A stretch of DNA of 64,000 nt from the IMG/VR virus record IMGVR_UViG_3300027969_000047. One strand, given 5' to 3'. The notes below the pieces were generated by a model. That model was not told where the DNA came from, did not search any database, and worked only from the letters and a program-made list of their open reading frames with translations. The DNA comes from a virus. A program made the position numbers and the translations under genes. This document shows positions 49,663 to 61,272 of the stretch, piece by piece (the stretch's first letter is position 1; each line of letters starts with the position of its first letter).

Positions 49663-50262
49663 TTATTCATACAGGACATTGACTGAGCCAGCGTCAAAGG
49701 TGTCTGTGCCATTTTGTGTGGTAATGCGAATTCGGTCAAGAGTTCCTGAAAGTGTTTTTGAACCACCACCTTGTGAAACATTACTGCCAGTAGTTTCACC
49801 AATGATGGATGACCAATTCCAAATACCGGTTGCACTATTCAAAAGTGATATTGTTGAAACGCCGTTAATTGAATATGTTGCCAACATGGTGGCAATAATT
49901 AAAAATCCATCACTATATGCGGTGTTAGTTGTGTTAGACATCCATGACATACCAGCGTAACCAGTGTTTTGAATGCCTCCACTTGTACCAAGTTGAACAA
50001 TAGGTCGTGATGTACTACTTGTACTTAACCCAGAATACATAACAGTAACACGCTTCACCCATGATGGGATAGAAGTAAAGTCAATGCTTGTACCTGATGT
50101 GGACGCTTGCGCTGTCATAGAAGTTAATCTACCATATAATAAACCAGTTGAACTGATTTGATTAATGGTCACACCATTTTGTTGAATAGTTAAATCACCA
50201 GTTCCATCAGCATAAAATGTTGAACCTAGAACACCTGTGGTTGTTGTATTAATTAATGCCAT
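49663..50262 (-). CDS. fibre tip protein
   Basis: SGTSIDFTSIPSWVKR...LDRIRITT.NGTDTFDAGS. Confidence 0.65.
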   Translation of the reverse strand: MALINTTTTGVLGSTFYADGTGDLTIQQNGVTINQISSTGLLYGRLTSMTAQASTSGTSIDFTSIPSWVKRVTVMYSGLSTSSTSRPIVQLGTSGGIQNTGYAGMSWMSNTTNTAYSDGFLIIATMLATYSINGVSTISLLNSATGIWNWSSIIGETTGSNVSQGGGSKTLSGTLDRIRITTQNGTDTFDAGSVNVLYE

Positions 50263-50263
50263 T

Positions 50264-50479
50264 TTATAGAACCACCCATTTCTGACCTGTCGGTACTGTA
50301 ACTGATTTACCAGTTAAAATTGTAACTGGACCAACAGAGTAACCATTGCTTCCTGTTGTTAATGTATAATTGTTGTACACTGTGTTTGCACTTTCAACGA
50401 TAGCGACTCCAAGTTGCATGGCAGTATTGGCACCGCCACCAGTACCAAATAATCCACCTTGGACACGAGTTAAAGACAT
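50264..50479 (-). CDS. minimal adaptor protein
   Basis: MSLTRV start plus NGYSVGPVT...VTVP...WVVL module only. Confidence 0.6.
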   Translation of the reverse strand: MSLTRVQGGLFGTGGGANTAMQLGVAIVESANTVYNNYTLTTGSNGYSVGPVTILTGKSVTVPTGQKWVVL

Positions 50480-50490
50480 AGTTTATATCC

Positions 50491-50817
50491 TTATGAGATT
50501 TCTAAGAGTGACGCTATCACATCGACAGAGCCATTGGCGCTGGTTGTGATTTTTAAAACATCGGCGGCTTGCAAAACGATTTTCTGTTCACCACCAACAG
50601 CAATAAGTGCAGAGCCACTCATAATTGGTGCATTTGCAATAATCGTATAGTCTACTGATGAACGAGTTAAGTATGCATTAGCAGTGACTGTTCCAGCAGA
50701 CTTGTTTGCAATTGAAAGACCAATCAGAGTTGTTGCTGTAGCAGAAGGGCAAGTGTATACAGTGTTACCACTTGTTACAATATTTGCCGCTACATTTGAT
50801 TTAAAAGTATTTGCCAT
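50491..50817 (-). CDS. MANTFK-family virion adaptor protein
   Basis: MANTFK, YTCP, IGLSIAN, KIVL...D.L, SLLEIS. Confidence 0.65.
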   Translation of the reverse strand: MANTFKSNVAANIVTSGNTVYTCPSATATTLIGLSIANKSAGTVTANAYLTRSSVDYTIIANAPIMSGSALIAVGGEQKIVLQAADVLKITTSANGSVDVIASLLEIS

Positions 50818-50835
50818 TTATTTTCCTAGATATTC

Positions 50836-50843
50836 TATTTATA
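50836..50843 (-). promoter_or_regulatory. T4-type late promoter heading the tip array
   Basis: TATAAATA. Confidence 0.75.
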
Positions 50844-51584
50844 TCATCCCAATGCAATTGCTAAGGCAATTGAACTACCATCTATAGTACTTATTGCAGA
50901 ATATATAGCATCATTTGCTGTTCCCACAAAGTTTGTGATGTTTGCGCTTATAATGCTTGCAATATTTGCAGTTAATGTATCTGTGACATTTGCATTACTC
51001 ATTGTAGTATTGCCAGTAACTGTCAGTGTATTTGCAAAACTACCTGAACCAGACACAATCAAATCATCAAAACCGATTGCATCTAATGTAATGTTACCAG
51101 ATACAGTTAAGTTACCACCAATGACAACATCACTCGAAACATTCAAAGTTGTGCCTGAACCAGTCAGAAGAACATTGCCTTTGAATGTAGCTGTGTTCGA
51201 CACATTCATTGTTTCGCCAGAACCTGTCGTATATATTGTTCTGCGAACATTCAGGTCGTTAGCGATTGTTGCAGAATCGTTTACAAAGACATTCTTTGTG
51301 ATTATTGCACTGTTAGCCACATACAAAGCATTTGCTGAACCAGTGACATTCAGAATTGAGATGTTACCCGTTGCAATTGTTGCGGCTGTATTGACTGTTA
51401 GATTACCACCAATGGTAGCATGGTTTGTGACATTTAAAGAAACACCAGTCTTTGTCAGGCGAAGTTCTGTACATGCAGTGAATGTTGGACCATCTGTTAA
51501 ATTATTAGCCGCAGTAATCAGGCTCTGAGTAGCCGCAAGCCATTGAGCAAATGTATTAGCATTTGTGATATAACTAATTGCCAT
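50844..51584 (-). CDS. fibre shaft protein
   Basis: NTFAQW start, repeated GNLTV beta motifs, C-terminal AIALG. Confidence 0.65.
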   Translation of the reverse strand: MAISYITNANTFAQWLAATQSLITAANNLTDGPTFTACTELRLTKTGVSLNVTNHATIGGNLTVNTAATIATGNISILNVTGSANALYVANSAIITKNVFVNDSATIANDLNVRRTIYTTGSGETMNVSNTATFKGNVLLTGSGTTLNVSSDVVIGGNLTVSGNITLDAIGFDDLIVSGSGSFANTLTVTGNTTMSNANVTDTLTANIASIISANITNFVGTANDAIYSAISTIDGSSIALAIALG

Positions 51585-51810
51585 TTGTGCCTCTCATAGC
51601 AATAACTTGCAATAATTGTTTAATCTCTTGCATATCTTCTTCTAGTTTTTGCAAACGAGTTCTAGTGTCCTGTTGTTCATTCTTTTGAGCCAAAAGTCTT
51701 TTGCGAGTATTCTGAAATTGTTGGAGACCGTCTCTATCTGTATTTAGAACAGCCTGTGTAGACATGTCTCTAACATATTCAGTATTTTCTATTTTTACGA
51801 AAGTTGTCAC
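51574..51810 (-). CDS. conserved hypothetical protein
   Basis: YVRD..T.AVLNTD plus C-terminal coil (EIKQLL); follows the VrlC-like gene. Confidence 0.65.
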   Translation of the reverse strand: MTTFVKIENTEYVRDMSTQAVLNTDRDGLQQFQNTRKRLLAQKNEQQDTRTRLQKLEEDMQEIKQLLQVIAMRGTNGN

Positions 51811-54800
51811 GATAATGATGGTATAGCAATGACACGCAAGTCTTTAATTCTTGGTACTTTTGTAGAAGTAGTGTCGGTTGAAGTCATAACAATCTTAATG
51901 GCAAAATACTTAAATGATGTGAAACCATTACCATATGACACTCGGTTGTCAGGTGTTCCTGCTGTTCCTGGTGCATATGTGAATTCTTTCAAATCGGATG
52001 CTGTGATAGACTTCGAGTTAGTACCTGAAATCAATGTCATCAATTGATAATTCTTTGAATCAAATATATCGGTATCGTCAGCAGAAAGAATCTTATAGTA
52101 AACATGAATGTTTGCGCTTGCTGGTTTGTATGCAGTAAATGACAGACGGAAGTCACCAGCATCAAGTCCATCGGCTAATGTGACTTTACGAGTTATATAT
52201 CTTGCTCTTGCTGGACCACCAGATGCTTGGTCTTCACCACTCGAAACTGCGGTTGCTGGAGTTGCTGATGGATTGCCACCAGTGATTGTAACTGTTGGTG
52301 TGGTTGTATATCCTGAACCACCAGCATCAACAACAATGGCAGACACTTTACCACCAGAGAATGTGGCATATGCATTGGCACCACTACCACCACCTCCTGT
52401 TATTGATATTGAAACATTGCTGTTTGTTGTATATCCAAAACCAGGATTTGTGATAATAATATCTGAATTGGCAAGTGATAAATCGTCAACATAGTTTTCA
52501 ATTGCAAGTACACTCAATCTTTCAACATCAACAAGTGGAGAAATTTGTGTATTGTCAGATGCCAATAACAATCTAACTTTGAATGAGTTAGGGTCGGTTG
52601 TTAGAACACGGCGTCCTAGTGTATCATCAAAGAATACATTTTCTTCAATGTTGAATGAACGCATATTCTGACGCTCACCAGTTGAACTCATTGTTGATGC
52701 ATAATATGTACCAATAGATGTATTTGGTAAAATCAAATTCTGAGATGTGATATAGAATGAGTCAACAGAAATATTTGATGTTGGTAAATCCATTGAGTCT
52801 AAACGGAATTCAACATTCGCTGTAACAGGGTCATACTCTGCTCTCATAATACGGAACATCAAATCTTCTTCTTGAATTGCTGTCCAAGTAGATGAGTTTT
52901 GTGACTTGAAGAATGAACCGAGATATGGTTGAGTAGAAATGATTCTATCTGTGCCAACAAGTTTTTGTCCAACTTCAGACACATACACTTGATACTTGAT
53001 AGAGTTAGCAATCAATACAATAGCATATTCAGTGCCAGGTTGTAATGTTACAGGTCCTTCAAAATTTACTGTGGTATACAATGCAGTGTCATCTAAAGGC
53101 TGTGTCAATGCAGGGTCAGAATATCTTGCTCTCATTGTCTCTTCAGAAACTTCTTTAATAGTATCTGGATTAACACTGATATCTGCATATGGCAGAATTT
53201 GTGAAGAATGTGGATAACCATTCACCACAGGGCGAATTTGAACTTGTACAGGAATATCAGGGTCTTTTGTTTTGAACAATAGACGCACAGATGTAATTTG
53301 AACACCATTACCATATTGGCGTTGGTCAATAAAGAATGTCTGTGCTAATGGATCCCAATAACCAACTTGCTTACGACCAACAACTTGTTCACGAAGAACT
53401 GCGCTTGAAGTTACAATTGTTCTATCATCTTGCAAATCGGTTCTCTTAATTACAGGAACACGAGTCGAAACAATTGTAGATTCTGTTGTCTGCAATAGAC
53501 CTTGTGCATAATATGTCGCATCGCCATTTGTTGATGATGAAGCCAATGCACCAGATGAAGTATCAGTAAGTCTGAATACTCTTTCACCTGTTCTGAATCT
53601 TGTATCAGTATTACTTGGAATGATGAACACACCAGCAACTTCACCTCTTCTGTCAGAATCAATTGTACCAATAGAATATGTTGAAGTAGTGTCAGGTGTT
53701 GTTGTCCAATTTGAAGAAACTGTCGCCACTCTTGAAGTCACATTATATGAAGAGATTGTTCTCTCTTGTCCAAGTCCTGTTCCTGAGGTAACATAGATTG
53801 ACTTGCCAACATAATTTGTATTTGCCACAGAAGTGTTAGATGTTGTATTGCTGTTCAATACATGGAAATCTAAACTAATTGTGCTTGATGTTGCGGCATT
53901 GGCTTGACCAGAATAGTGAACGAATCCTGAGATGCGAGTATTCGCACCAGATGTTGCACCAATCAAGAAAGTCGCATTACTTGTAACGACACGAACATTA
54001 CCAACATTTGCATCATCGCCTGTTGAAAGGTTAACCACACTCACATTAGTCACTGTAGCTTCATTGCGGTTCAGTACCACAATAGCGGATGCAAGATTTT
54101 TGCTTGTTGCAGGTTCGTAAATTCTTACTGCTTCACCATTTTGGTATGTGTCAATGTAGGCGGCAGTATTGCTTGAAACAATAATCTTATTTGTTTTATT
54201 CAAGTAAGTTTGAACGGCCTCACCATCAAAGAATCCATATAATGATGTGTTAGGTTTAAAGCCTTTACCGATGAAGACAATGCCACGAGAACGAATATAT
54301 GGAATGATAGAAACATCGATAACACGATTACCAATATTCTTTGTGATGGTATCTGTTGAGAATTGAGTATTGATACCAGTTCTTGATTGCTTTGATGTGA
54401 CATCGGCAACTGTTCTTTTAACGATATCTTCATACACAGGAACATAATGTCCCAAAGGACCTAACCAACCTCTGTCTGCTGGAACAACAGTTTCATCTCT
54501 TTGATTGGTAAGAGATGTTGAAAGAGTTTGCCATGAATTCCAATGAGCGCCGAAAGTTTCAGGCGCAGATTTTTCAACTGTTTGTGCTAAGGCTGCCCAT
54601 GCATCATTGTCACCTTCAAGGTTAACAAGAACATCAGGCTTCTGGTCAGTGTCAACCCAATTATCAGATGATGGGTCTAGTGAAATTGAACCAATGAATG
54701 ATACCGCATTGAATGGGTTTACATTAACTGCTTTTGATGAATATGGTTGGTCAATCAATGTTGTTTCAGAATAGTTGATTGACACTAACAAACCATTACG

Positions 54801-57800
54801 CTTGTAGTTGCTACTATTTGTTTCGTAGATATCTAATTGAGTATTATCAATTGAGAATGGTGGGCGAAGTTCTTGTTGTTGAGAATCGATTGATGCTTTG
54901 TAATCAACATTCAAAACATCACCAATGTTATGTCCTGTGAATGGGTCAACAAGAATACCATTCTTGAAACGAGCCAATCCAGTTTCATCGTCAGTGATTT
55001 GTGTTTCTTTAGCCGCTTTTTCAAGCAAGTTTAACGAAGTGTAATATTCAAGATTACTAATTCTCTTTTCAAGCAAACCAATATCACGCATTGTGTAGCG
55101 GCGATTGTCGATAAACTTAACACGAACATTTTTAATGTTAGCAGTGTATGCAGGCAATGTAATTGTATACAATGTCATTGCATTTTCTTTATCTGCTGGC
55201 GCTGTTGGTGTCAACGAAGGTGTGCCACGAAGAACTTCAAATGTTCTATCTTTGGTAGCAATAACCTTATCGATTCTTGGCAAATAATATGAGAAGTCGG
55301 TTTCTAAATCTGTACCAGATTGTCCAAGAATAATCTCATCATATTGTCCAGTTGTATCGCCATTCTTACGGCGAGGTCTGAAGTCAATAGAATCAGACAA
55401 TGCATAACTCAGTCCTGTCTGAGGTGAAGTATACATTGGAACTTCTGAGTAAGTCAACCCAGCATCGATATAAGAATCAACAGTCAAATAACCTGAACCA
55501 GTGTGACCATAGTAATTCAAATATACAACGGTATTACCTGTAGGTCCAGTTTTATTTGATTTCAATGTGATTGTTGCATGGTCATAAGCATTATCTCTTT
55601 GACCAGAATCAAAATTGTAGTTGGATGTCAAGTCAGTTGCAAATGATAAGTTAGCTTGTGATGCAACATTCGAACCAAAGTCTTTAACAGCGGCTAACGA
55701 AATACCATCAGCAACATATAAAACTTGTGGGCTGTTTGGTGTTCTTAGTGCGGTTGTTGCTGTATTTGCAAAAACAAGTTGAGCACCATTAGCACCAGAT
55801 GTTTGTGATGCTGTTAGAGTTATGCCAGTTGCAGGTGAAGTTGAAGAACTTGTGGTATCATACAATGAAGTATTAGCTAACAGTTTTTGTTTTGATTTAC
55901 GAAGACTTCCCAATGAATGAGAATATGGTAAACGAACTTTTGTGTAAACTCTAGCGGATGCATTATTTGCACCATTGACAGTGATTGTATAAGTTGATGT
56001 ATTGCCAGCAGTAGTCACTGTTACAGAATTGGCACTACTCATTAAATTGATAACTGTACCATTAGCATATGTTGTGCCAGCACCAGTTAGAGTAATGAAT
56101 AAATTATCAATAGCATCAGAAGTTGCTAATGGGCTTCCTGTGACTGCTGAACGAATACCGGCGGCAGTTGTGAATGATAGGATGCCAGTTGAACCAAATG
56201 TACCAGCATACACTTTGCGCCCATAGTATTCGCTGTTTGTGATTGGTAAAGCACCAGATGCTGTAGCATCAGCAATCGCCGCTTGTGGGAATTGGAATAT
56301 TAACTGATTGAAGTTTGTTTCTGAAATGAATGCACCACGATATGCATCAACAAGAACATTGTTCTTATTTGCAGAGTTGACATCCATTCTTGTGGTAACT
56401 GTTGCACCAGAATTGATGATGAATGATTCTGCATCTTTGAATTCATAGTCAAGCGAGAATTGTGTCGCTGGATTTGGAAGACCAAATACAAAGTTTGGAG
56501 AAACTGTTGCTAATTTTGTAACACCATTATAATTTGTAATAGTAACAATTTCATTTACATTAGCGCCAATATCTTTTACGATACGAAGTTTTACACCATC
56601 ATATGCATTATTTTGAACTGCGGCATTTGAATCAAGTACGATTGTATTTGCCGAACCTGATTGTGCATTAGCACTTCTGAAAGAAACATTCGCATCAAAA
56701 ACATATCCACGGAATACGCCAGTCTTAATGCTTGTTGTGTTTGCACCAGACTGATAATCTAATGCACGAAATCTAATTGTACCAATGTTTGTAGCACTTA
56801 AAGTAGTGGTGCTTGTGGTGTTTAGATTAGCAGTGTCTGAACAATGAATAGCCAATGGCTCAAATGTCTCTAATGGAATTGGTCCAGAAATATTTGATAC
56901 ATCAACATAGTTTTGATAGCTGATTGTAACACCATAGTTTGTTACATTGGCAACTTCACGAGCCTTTTCAGAAAGAAGAACTGTAGGTCCTTTTGTCTCA
57001 AACTCATAACCGAGAATGTATGCTTTACCAGACTCAAGCACAATGTTATATGCATTGGCATAAGTGGCGTTATCATTCAATGAAATTTGAAACGGGCGAA
57101 CTGAATAATTACCAGACTCATCATGTGTTCTACGAGCAAGAGTCTTTTCAATCTCAGCATATGTTGGATACTGAATTGATTTTGTCAACTCACCATCTTT
57201 AACACGAAGCAATTCGATGAAACTTGTGTCATCGGTACTTGTCAGAGACCTCTTAGCTAAAGTGAGCGTAATTTTAAAACGAGTAGAGCCTGGTGCTTGA
57301 TAGTTGGATGCATCTTGTGCAGGGTCAAGCAATGAAGTGTCGTTACTTTCATTGATAATTTCTTCAGTGATTTGAAGACCTACCTTGTAAGAAGGTAGTG
57401 CATTGTATCTTTCAAGAATGATTGACTGTGAACCAACTCTCGCAAAATAACCATTGACAAAGAAGACACCATCATTGATGCTACAAACAGATGCAGAACC
57501 TGTTGGGTCCACGCCAAAAACTGTTGCGAAAAAAATCTCATCTTCAGTCTCAAGATTTTCATTGGCAATGAAAATATCACCAGATGTATATTTTACAACG
57601 AGAGTTGGTTGATTGCCATCTTCACCAGCATCAACGGCAATAACATATGCACGAGTTCCACGACCAGTGGAATCTTGAATCCATTTACCATCGAAGTTTG
57701 CTACATCAATAGCATTGCTATTAAAAGTGTTATTGACTCTAATAAAACCGACACGCTCAACTTCAAGTGTGGTTTGTCCACCAACAACAAGAGAACCATT

Positions 57801-57968
57801 TTTAAACACATGCTGACCAAAACGGTCAACTTGTTTTTGAAGGGCTGTCTGTAATTGTGTTAATTCACGAGCCTGAACGGCATAGCCAGGACGGAACAAA
57901 AGTTTGTAGAAATCTTTCGTTTCATCGAAATCATCATAATAAGGGTTTTGTGAAATATCAATAGCCAT
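51807..57968 (-). CDS. large baseplate/virion protein, VrlC / DUF4815-like
   Basis: [62 protein letters not shown]. Confidence 0.85.
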   Translation of the reverse strand: MAIDISQNPYYDDFDETKDFYKLLFRPGYAVQARELTQLQTALQKQVDRFGQHVFKNGSLVVGGQTTLEVERVGFIRVNNTFNSNAIDVANFDGKWIQDSTGRGTRAYVIAVDAGEDGNQPTLVVKYTSGDIFIANENLETEDEIFFATVFGVDPTGSASVCSINDGVFFVNGYFARVGSQSIILERYNALPSYKVGLQITEEIINESNDTSLLDPAQDASNYQAPGSTRFKITLTLAKRSLTSTDDTSFIELLRVKDGELTKSIQYPTYAEIEKTLARRTHDESGNYSVRPFQISLNDNATYANAYNIVLESGKAYILGYEFETKGPTVLLSEKAREVANVTNYGVTISYQNYVDVSNISGPIPLETFEPLAIHCSDTANLNTTSTTTLSATNIGTIRFRALDYQSGANTTSIKTGVFRGYVFDANVSFRSANAQSGSANTIVLDSNAAVQNNAYDGVKLRIVKDIGANVNEIVTITNYNGVTKLATVSPNFVFGLPNPATQFSLDYEFKDAESFIINSGATVTTRMDVNSANKNNVLVDAYRGAFISETNFNQLIFQFPQAAIADATASGALPITNSEYYGRKVYAGTFGSTGILSFTTAAGIRSAVTGSPLATSDAIDNLFITLTGAGTTYANGTVINLMSSANSVTVTTAGNTSTYTITVNGANNASARVYTKVRLPYSHSLGSLRKSKQKLLANTSLYDTTSSSTSPATGITLTASQTSGANGAQLVFANTATTALRTPNSPQVLYVADGISLAAVKDFGSNVASQANLSFATDLTSNYNFDSGQRDNAYDHATITLKSNKTGPTGNTVVYLNYYGHTGSGYLTVDSYIDAGLTYSEVPMYTSPQTGLSYALSDSIDFRPRRKNGDTTGQYDEIILGQSGTDLETDFSYYLPRIDKVIATKDRTFEVLRGTPSLTPTAPADKENAMTLYTITLPAYTANIKNVRVKFIDNRRYTMRDIGLLEKRISNLEYYTSLNLLEKAAKETQITDDETGLARFKNGILVDPFTGHNIGDVLNVDYKASIDSQQQELRPPFSIDNTQLDIYETNSSNYKRNGLLVSINYSETTLIDQPYSSKAVNVNPFNAVSFIGSISLDPSSDNWVDTDQKPDVLVNLEGDNDAWAALAQTVEKSAPETFGAHWNSWQTLSTSLTNQRDETVVPADRGWLGPLGHYVPVYEDIVKRTVADVTSKQSRTGINTQFSTDTITKNIGNRVIDVSIIPYIRSRGIVFIGKGFKPNTSLYGFFDGEAVQTYLNKTNKIIVSSNTAAYIDTYQNGEAVRIYEPATSKNLASAIVVLNRNEATVTNVSVVNLSTGDDANVGNVRVVTSNATFLIGATSGANTRISGFVHYSGQANAATSSTISLDFHVLNSNTTSNTSVANTNYVGKSIYVTSGTGLGQERTISSYNVTSRVATVSSNWTTTPDTTSTYSIGTIDSDRRGEVAGVFIIPSNTDTRFRTGERVFRLTDTSSGALASSSTNGDATYYAQGLLQTTESTIVSTRVPVIKRTDLQDDRTIVTSSAVLREQVVGRKQVGYWDPLAQTFFIDQRQYGNGVQITSVRLLFKTKDPDIPVQVQIRPVVNGYPHSSQILPYADISVNPDTIKEVSEETMRARYSDPALTQPLDDTALYTTVNFEGPVTLQPGTEYAIVLIANSIKYQVYVSEVGQKLVGTDRIISTQPYLGSFFKSQNSSTWTAIQEEDLMFRIMRAEYDPVTANVEFRLDSMDLPTSNISVDSFYITSQNLILPNTSIGTYYASTMSSTGERQNMRSFNIEENVFFDDTLGRRVLTTDPNSFKVRLLLASDNTQISPLVDVERLSVLAIENYVDDLSLANSDIIITNPGFGYTTNSNVSISITGGGGSGANAYATFSGGKVSAIVVDAGGSGYTTTPTVTITGGNPSATPATAVSSGEDQASGGPARARYITRKVTLADGLDAGDFRLSFTAYKPASANIHVYYKILSADDTDIFDSKNYQLMTLISGTNSKSITASDLKEFTYAPGTAGTPDNRVSYGNGFTSFKYFAIKIVMTSTDTTSTKVPRIKDLRVIAIPSLS

Positions 57969-57975
57969 GTTTTAC

Positions 57976-59298
57976 CTAGAATTTAACAACGAATTTAATG
58001 TTTTCTGCTTGATTGCTTGCACGAGATACGGGTGTTCTATTTTCGACATAAATCAAATCTCCTGTCATCGGTTCAAGTTCTGGTTGCGTTACATTAACAA
58101 CAGTCCTTGACACGGTAGAAGTATTTCCTTTTAAATTTACACCGACTTGAATCGTTCCTCTAACTTCATTTAACTTAACCAAACTTGCTGAGTTATCAAC
58201 AACATATCCACTAAAAGTGCTATTTGCCGAATCAGTTCCCTGATACACTAACTCATCAATTGTGAAATCTGTACCTGATGTAATCACAATATCTGTCGTT
58301 AATGAAACGGCAGAGTTTGCATTTGCGGAACTAATCTCAGTATTCTGTCCATATTTATGAGGTCCAACAAGCAAAGATACTTGTCTAAAATCATTATTTA
58401 TAGTTATTTTACCACCTTCAGTAGCATCTCCGCTACCAACTTTGACGGCAATCATCACAGTATTTGCGCCCAATTCTCTTGCTGGATTGAACGCATGTCC
58501 ACCATATGCTGAAATGATTGGTCGAACATTAGCGCCAGTGCCAGAACCAACAACAGTGATTGTGCAATTTTGACGAGTGTAATCTGTGCCACGAACAATA
58601 TTATTAAAACCAACAAGAACACCATTGGCAATATTTGCAGTCACATTAGCGCCGGCGCCATTACCTGTAATTTTAATTGAGGTGTTTGTGTTTCCATAAC
58701 CAGAACCACCAGATTCAATTTTGAGTCTTGTGATTGCACCTTCTACAATGTTGTTTGAACTTCCACTGTATGAATTAAATTGTGCTGTTGGAACTGGAAT
58801 AAAATCATCAGTGATAAATTTATTTGATGGTGGAATAGCATACATGTATTTCCACACATATCCATCAGCAGTCTCAATGAATCCGTTACTGATTGTATAG
58901 TCACCAGTGGGTTCAACTGTTGATAAACCACCGTTTCTATTATCAAGGCAACGATAAACTGCGCCAGTAGAAGTGTACACATAGTTTCCGTTTGCCGATG
59001 AATACATTCCATCAGAACGGTCATCGTATGGTGTATACACAGAATTTGCTGTCCAATCAAATCTTGGAATTACAAGATATACATCATTACCGGTTACTTT
59101 CTTACCACCAATCATTGCACCATAAACATCATAAACAATATTGTCGGTGTCTACGATAGCAGGTGGTGTGTCATCGGCATCCCAAGAAACACTTTTTCCT
59201 AGAACAACATAACCCACAGTAGCGGCTGGCTCAGAGAAGCCTTCAGCAAACTGAACCGCATCATTATATCCTAATCTTCTTGTAGAGAGTGTAGTCAT
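57976..59298 (-). CDS. gp8: baseplate wedge subunit
   Basis: IPR.DW, VYRCLDN, DGYVWKYMY, DFRQ, GDLIYVENR.P. Confidence 0.85.
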   Translation of the reverse strand: MTTLSTRRLGYNDAVQFAEGFSEPAATVGYVVLGKSVSWDADDTPPAIVDTDNIVYDVYGAMIGGKKVTGNDVYLVIPRFDWTANSVYTPYDDRSDGMYSSANGNYVYTSTGAVYRCLDNRNGGLSTVEPTGDYTISNGFIETADGYVWKYMYAIPPSNKFITDDFIPVPTAQFNSYSGSSNNIVEGAITRLKIESGGSGYGNTNTSIKITGNGAGANVTANIANGVLVGFNNIVRGTDYTRQNCTITVVGSGTGANVRPIISAYGGHAFNPARELGANTVMIAVKVGSGDATEGGKITINNDFRQVSLLVGPHKYGQNTEISSANANSAVSLTTDIVITSGTDFTIDELVYQGTDSANSTFSGYVVDNSASLVKLNEVRGTIQVGVNLKGNTSTVSRTVVNVTQPELEPMTGDLIYVENRTPVSRASNQAENIKFVVKF

Positions 59299-59317
59299 AT
59301 CTTTTATTTATGCGTCA

Positions 59318-61264
59318 TTACCAAGCATCAGTAGAAGCAATTCTGCTCCAAATATTTGTCGTTCCATCATAGTTTGTAGAGCAATAATAGATAAAGTTAT
59401 TTGCAAGAAATACCATTCCTTTAGTGTGACCAGATATACCTTTATTTGTAGAAGGCACTGTACCAATATGTGTTAATGTGTTTGCGGTAAACGAAATTGC
59501 AGTATTGGTGATTGAACTTACACGACCATTTGCGGCTAATGTGATAACTGGAACTATAGTTGCATTACCATAAACTCCAGCAGTAGTTGTAATACTTGTA
59601 GTGTCGGTATTAGCTGTATTAAATGCGGCATTGGCTTGAGCAAAAGCAGCCAATGCAGTATTAGCACCGGTGTCATAACTTAACTGTGCAATCGTTAAAG
59701 CAGTATTGGCAGTATCGAATGCACTGTTTGCTTTATCGAATGCGGCATTGGCTTGAGCATATGAACCATTGCTTGTATTTGCTAAATTGAAAACAGACTG
59801 TGCAGTAATTAAGGCAGAATTTGCTAATGCATATGATGAACTTGCAAGTGTGTTTGCATTATTTGCTAATGTGTATGCGGTGTTTGAATTAGCATATGCT
59901 GAATCAACTTTCACATTAATTGTATTGGCCCACGAATAAGCAGAATCAACTTTTACATTGATTGTATTCGCCCATGCGTATGAACTTGTTGCAATTGCAT
60001 TGGCAAGATTTGCTAGGGTGTATGCAGTGCCTGCAAATGTGTTTGCAGAAAGAGCATTTGTATTTGCGGCAAGTGCATTTGCATTTGCAGTAGCCGCCGC
60101 AGTTACAGCACCACCAGCAGTGATGATAGAATTATTTGCCGCAGTGTATGCTGAGTTTGCACGAGAGTATGCGGCATTGGCTCTATCGAATGATGCTTGA
60201 ACAGCAGTAGAGTTTGCAGTTACGGCTACACTATTTGCAAAATTAAATGCGGCATTGGCATGTGCAAAAGAATTCTTTACTGAATTTGCCGTAGCGGCAT
60301 TTGAAGTGCTTGTCGAGATTGTGCTATCTTCAAGTTGAACAATACCAGGAACTGAAGTTGTTGAAAGTTGAATGGTAGTGTTAGTGATTGAACTTACACG
60401 ACCTTTTGTTGTTGTGGTAATAACTGGAATGCTTATCGCATTACCGTATGTTCCTGGAGTGCCAACATCAATCAGACCAATATCAATTGTATCGGTTGTT
60501 GCATTTGCAGAAATGAAAATACCATTCGATGCATTTGCCGTAATTGTCAAGGTGTCCGAATTGCTTGCCGCAACAATATTTGTGCCGTTAGCGGCAATTG
60601 TAACGAATGTATTTTGTGCTACTGAGTTTGCTTTATCGAATGCGGCTTGACTGGTCACATTGGCAGTAGTAGCCAATGTGTTTGCGGCATTCGCTTGTGC
60701 ATATGCCGCATTGGCTTGAGGTCTAGCAAATGTGTCTGTTGTTCCAGATGAGAGAGTGTTCGCAAAGTTATATGCATTCTGTGCTAGAGTAGTTCCAGAG
60801 TTGGCTTGTGTATATGCGGCCGCCGCTACAGTGTTTGCGAGAAGTGCTAATGTATATGCAGAATTGGCCGTACTGAATGCGCCGTTGGCATAAGTTGTAT
60901 TAGCAAAACCTGTGATTGCAGTATTGACGATTGAACTCACACGACCATTAGCAGAAAGGGTGACAACTGGAATATAAAATGCATTACCATAAACTCCAGC
61001 AGTGGTAGAGATTGTGGTGTAATCTATATTGGCTTGATTGTATGCATTCTGCGCTAAAGTATTTGCTGAATTGGCTTTTGCAAAAGCGGCATCACCGGTA
61101 CTCTGTGCATTTGCAGATGCGTTACCGATGGCCGTGTCAAGAGCCGCAAGTGTGAACTGTTTTGTAGTACCAGATATTTTATCGTAAACAACAAATACCG
61201 TATTTTGAGTATTTGCTGATGCGGTTGATAATACCGGTAATTCTATAATTGTTTTACTAGCCAT
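59318..61264 (-). CDS. Ala/Asn-rich coiled-coil fibre protein
   Basis: Many AF/Y-x-x-AN-x-A heptads; three G.YGNA..(I/V)PV.T....GRVSSI.NT modules. Confidence 0.75.
   Translation of the reverse strand: MASKTIIELPVLSTASANTQNTVFVVYDKISGTTKQFTLAALDTAIGNASANAQSTGDAAFAKANSANTLAQNAYNQANIDYTTISTTAGVYGNAFYIPVVTLSANGRVSSIVNTAITGFANTTYANGAFSTANSAYTLALLANTVAAAAYTQANSGTTLAQNAYNFANTLSSGTTDTFARPQANAAYAQANAANTLATTANVTSQAAFDKANSVAQNTFVTIAANGTNIVAASNSDTLTITANASNGIFISANATTDTIDIGLIDVGTPGTYGNAISIPVITTTTKGRVSSITNTTIQLSTTSVPGIVQLEDSTISTSTSNAATANSVKNSFAHANAAFNFANSVAVTANSTAVQASFDRANAAYSRANSAYTAANNSIITAGGAVTAAATANANALAANTNALSANTFAGTAYTLANLANAIATSSYAWANTINVKVDSAYSWANTINVKVDSAYANSNTAYTLANNANTLASSSYALANSALITAQSVFNLANTSNGSYAQANAAFDKANSAFDTANTALTIAQLSYDTGANTALAAFAQANAAFNTANTDTTSITTTAGVYGNATIVPVITLAANGRVSSITNTAISFTANTLTHIGTVPSTNKGISGHTKGMVFLANNFIYYCSTNYDGTTNIWSRIASTDAW
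59500..61005. repeat. three dispersed intragenic repeats in the fibre gene
   Basis: GATTGAACT(T/C)ACACGACC near 59510, 60387 and 60929; GCATTACCATAAACTCCAGCAGT near 59562 and 60981. Confidence 0.7.
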
Positions 61265-61272
61265 GTTTTACC

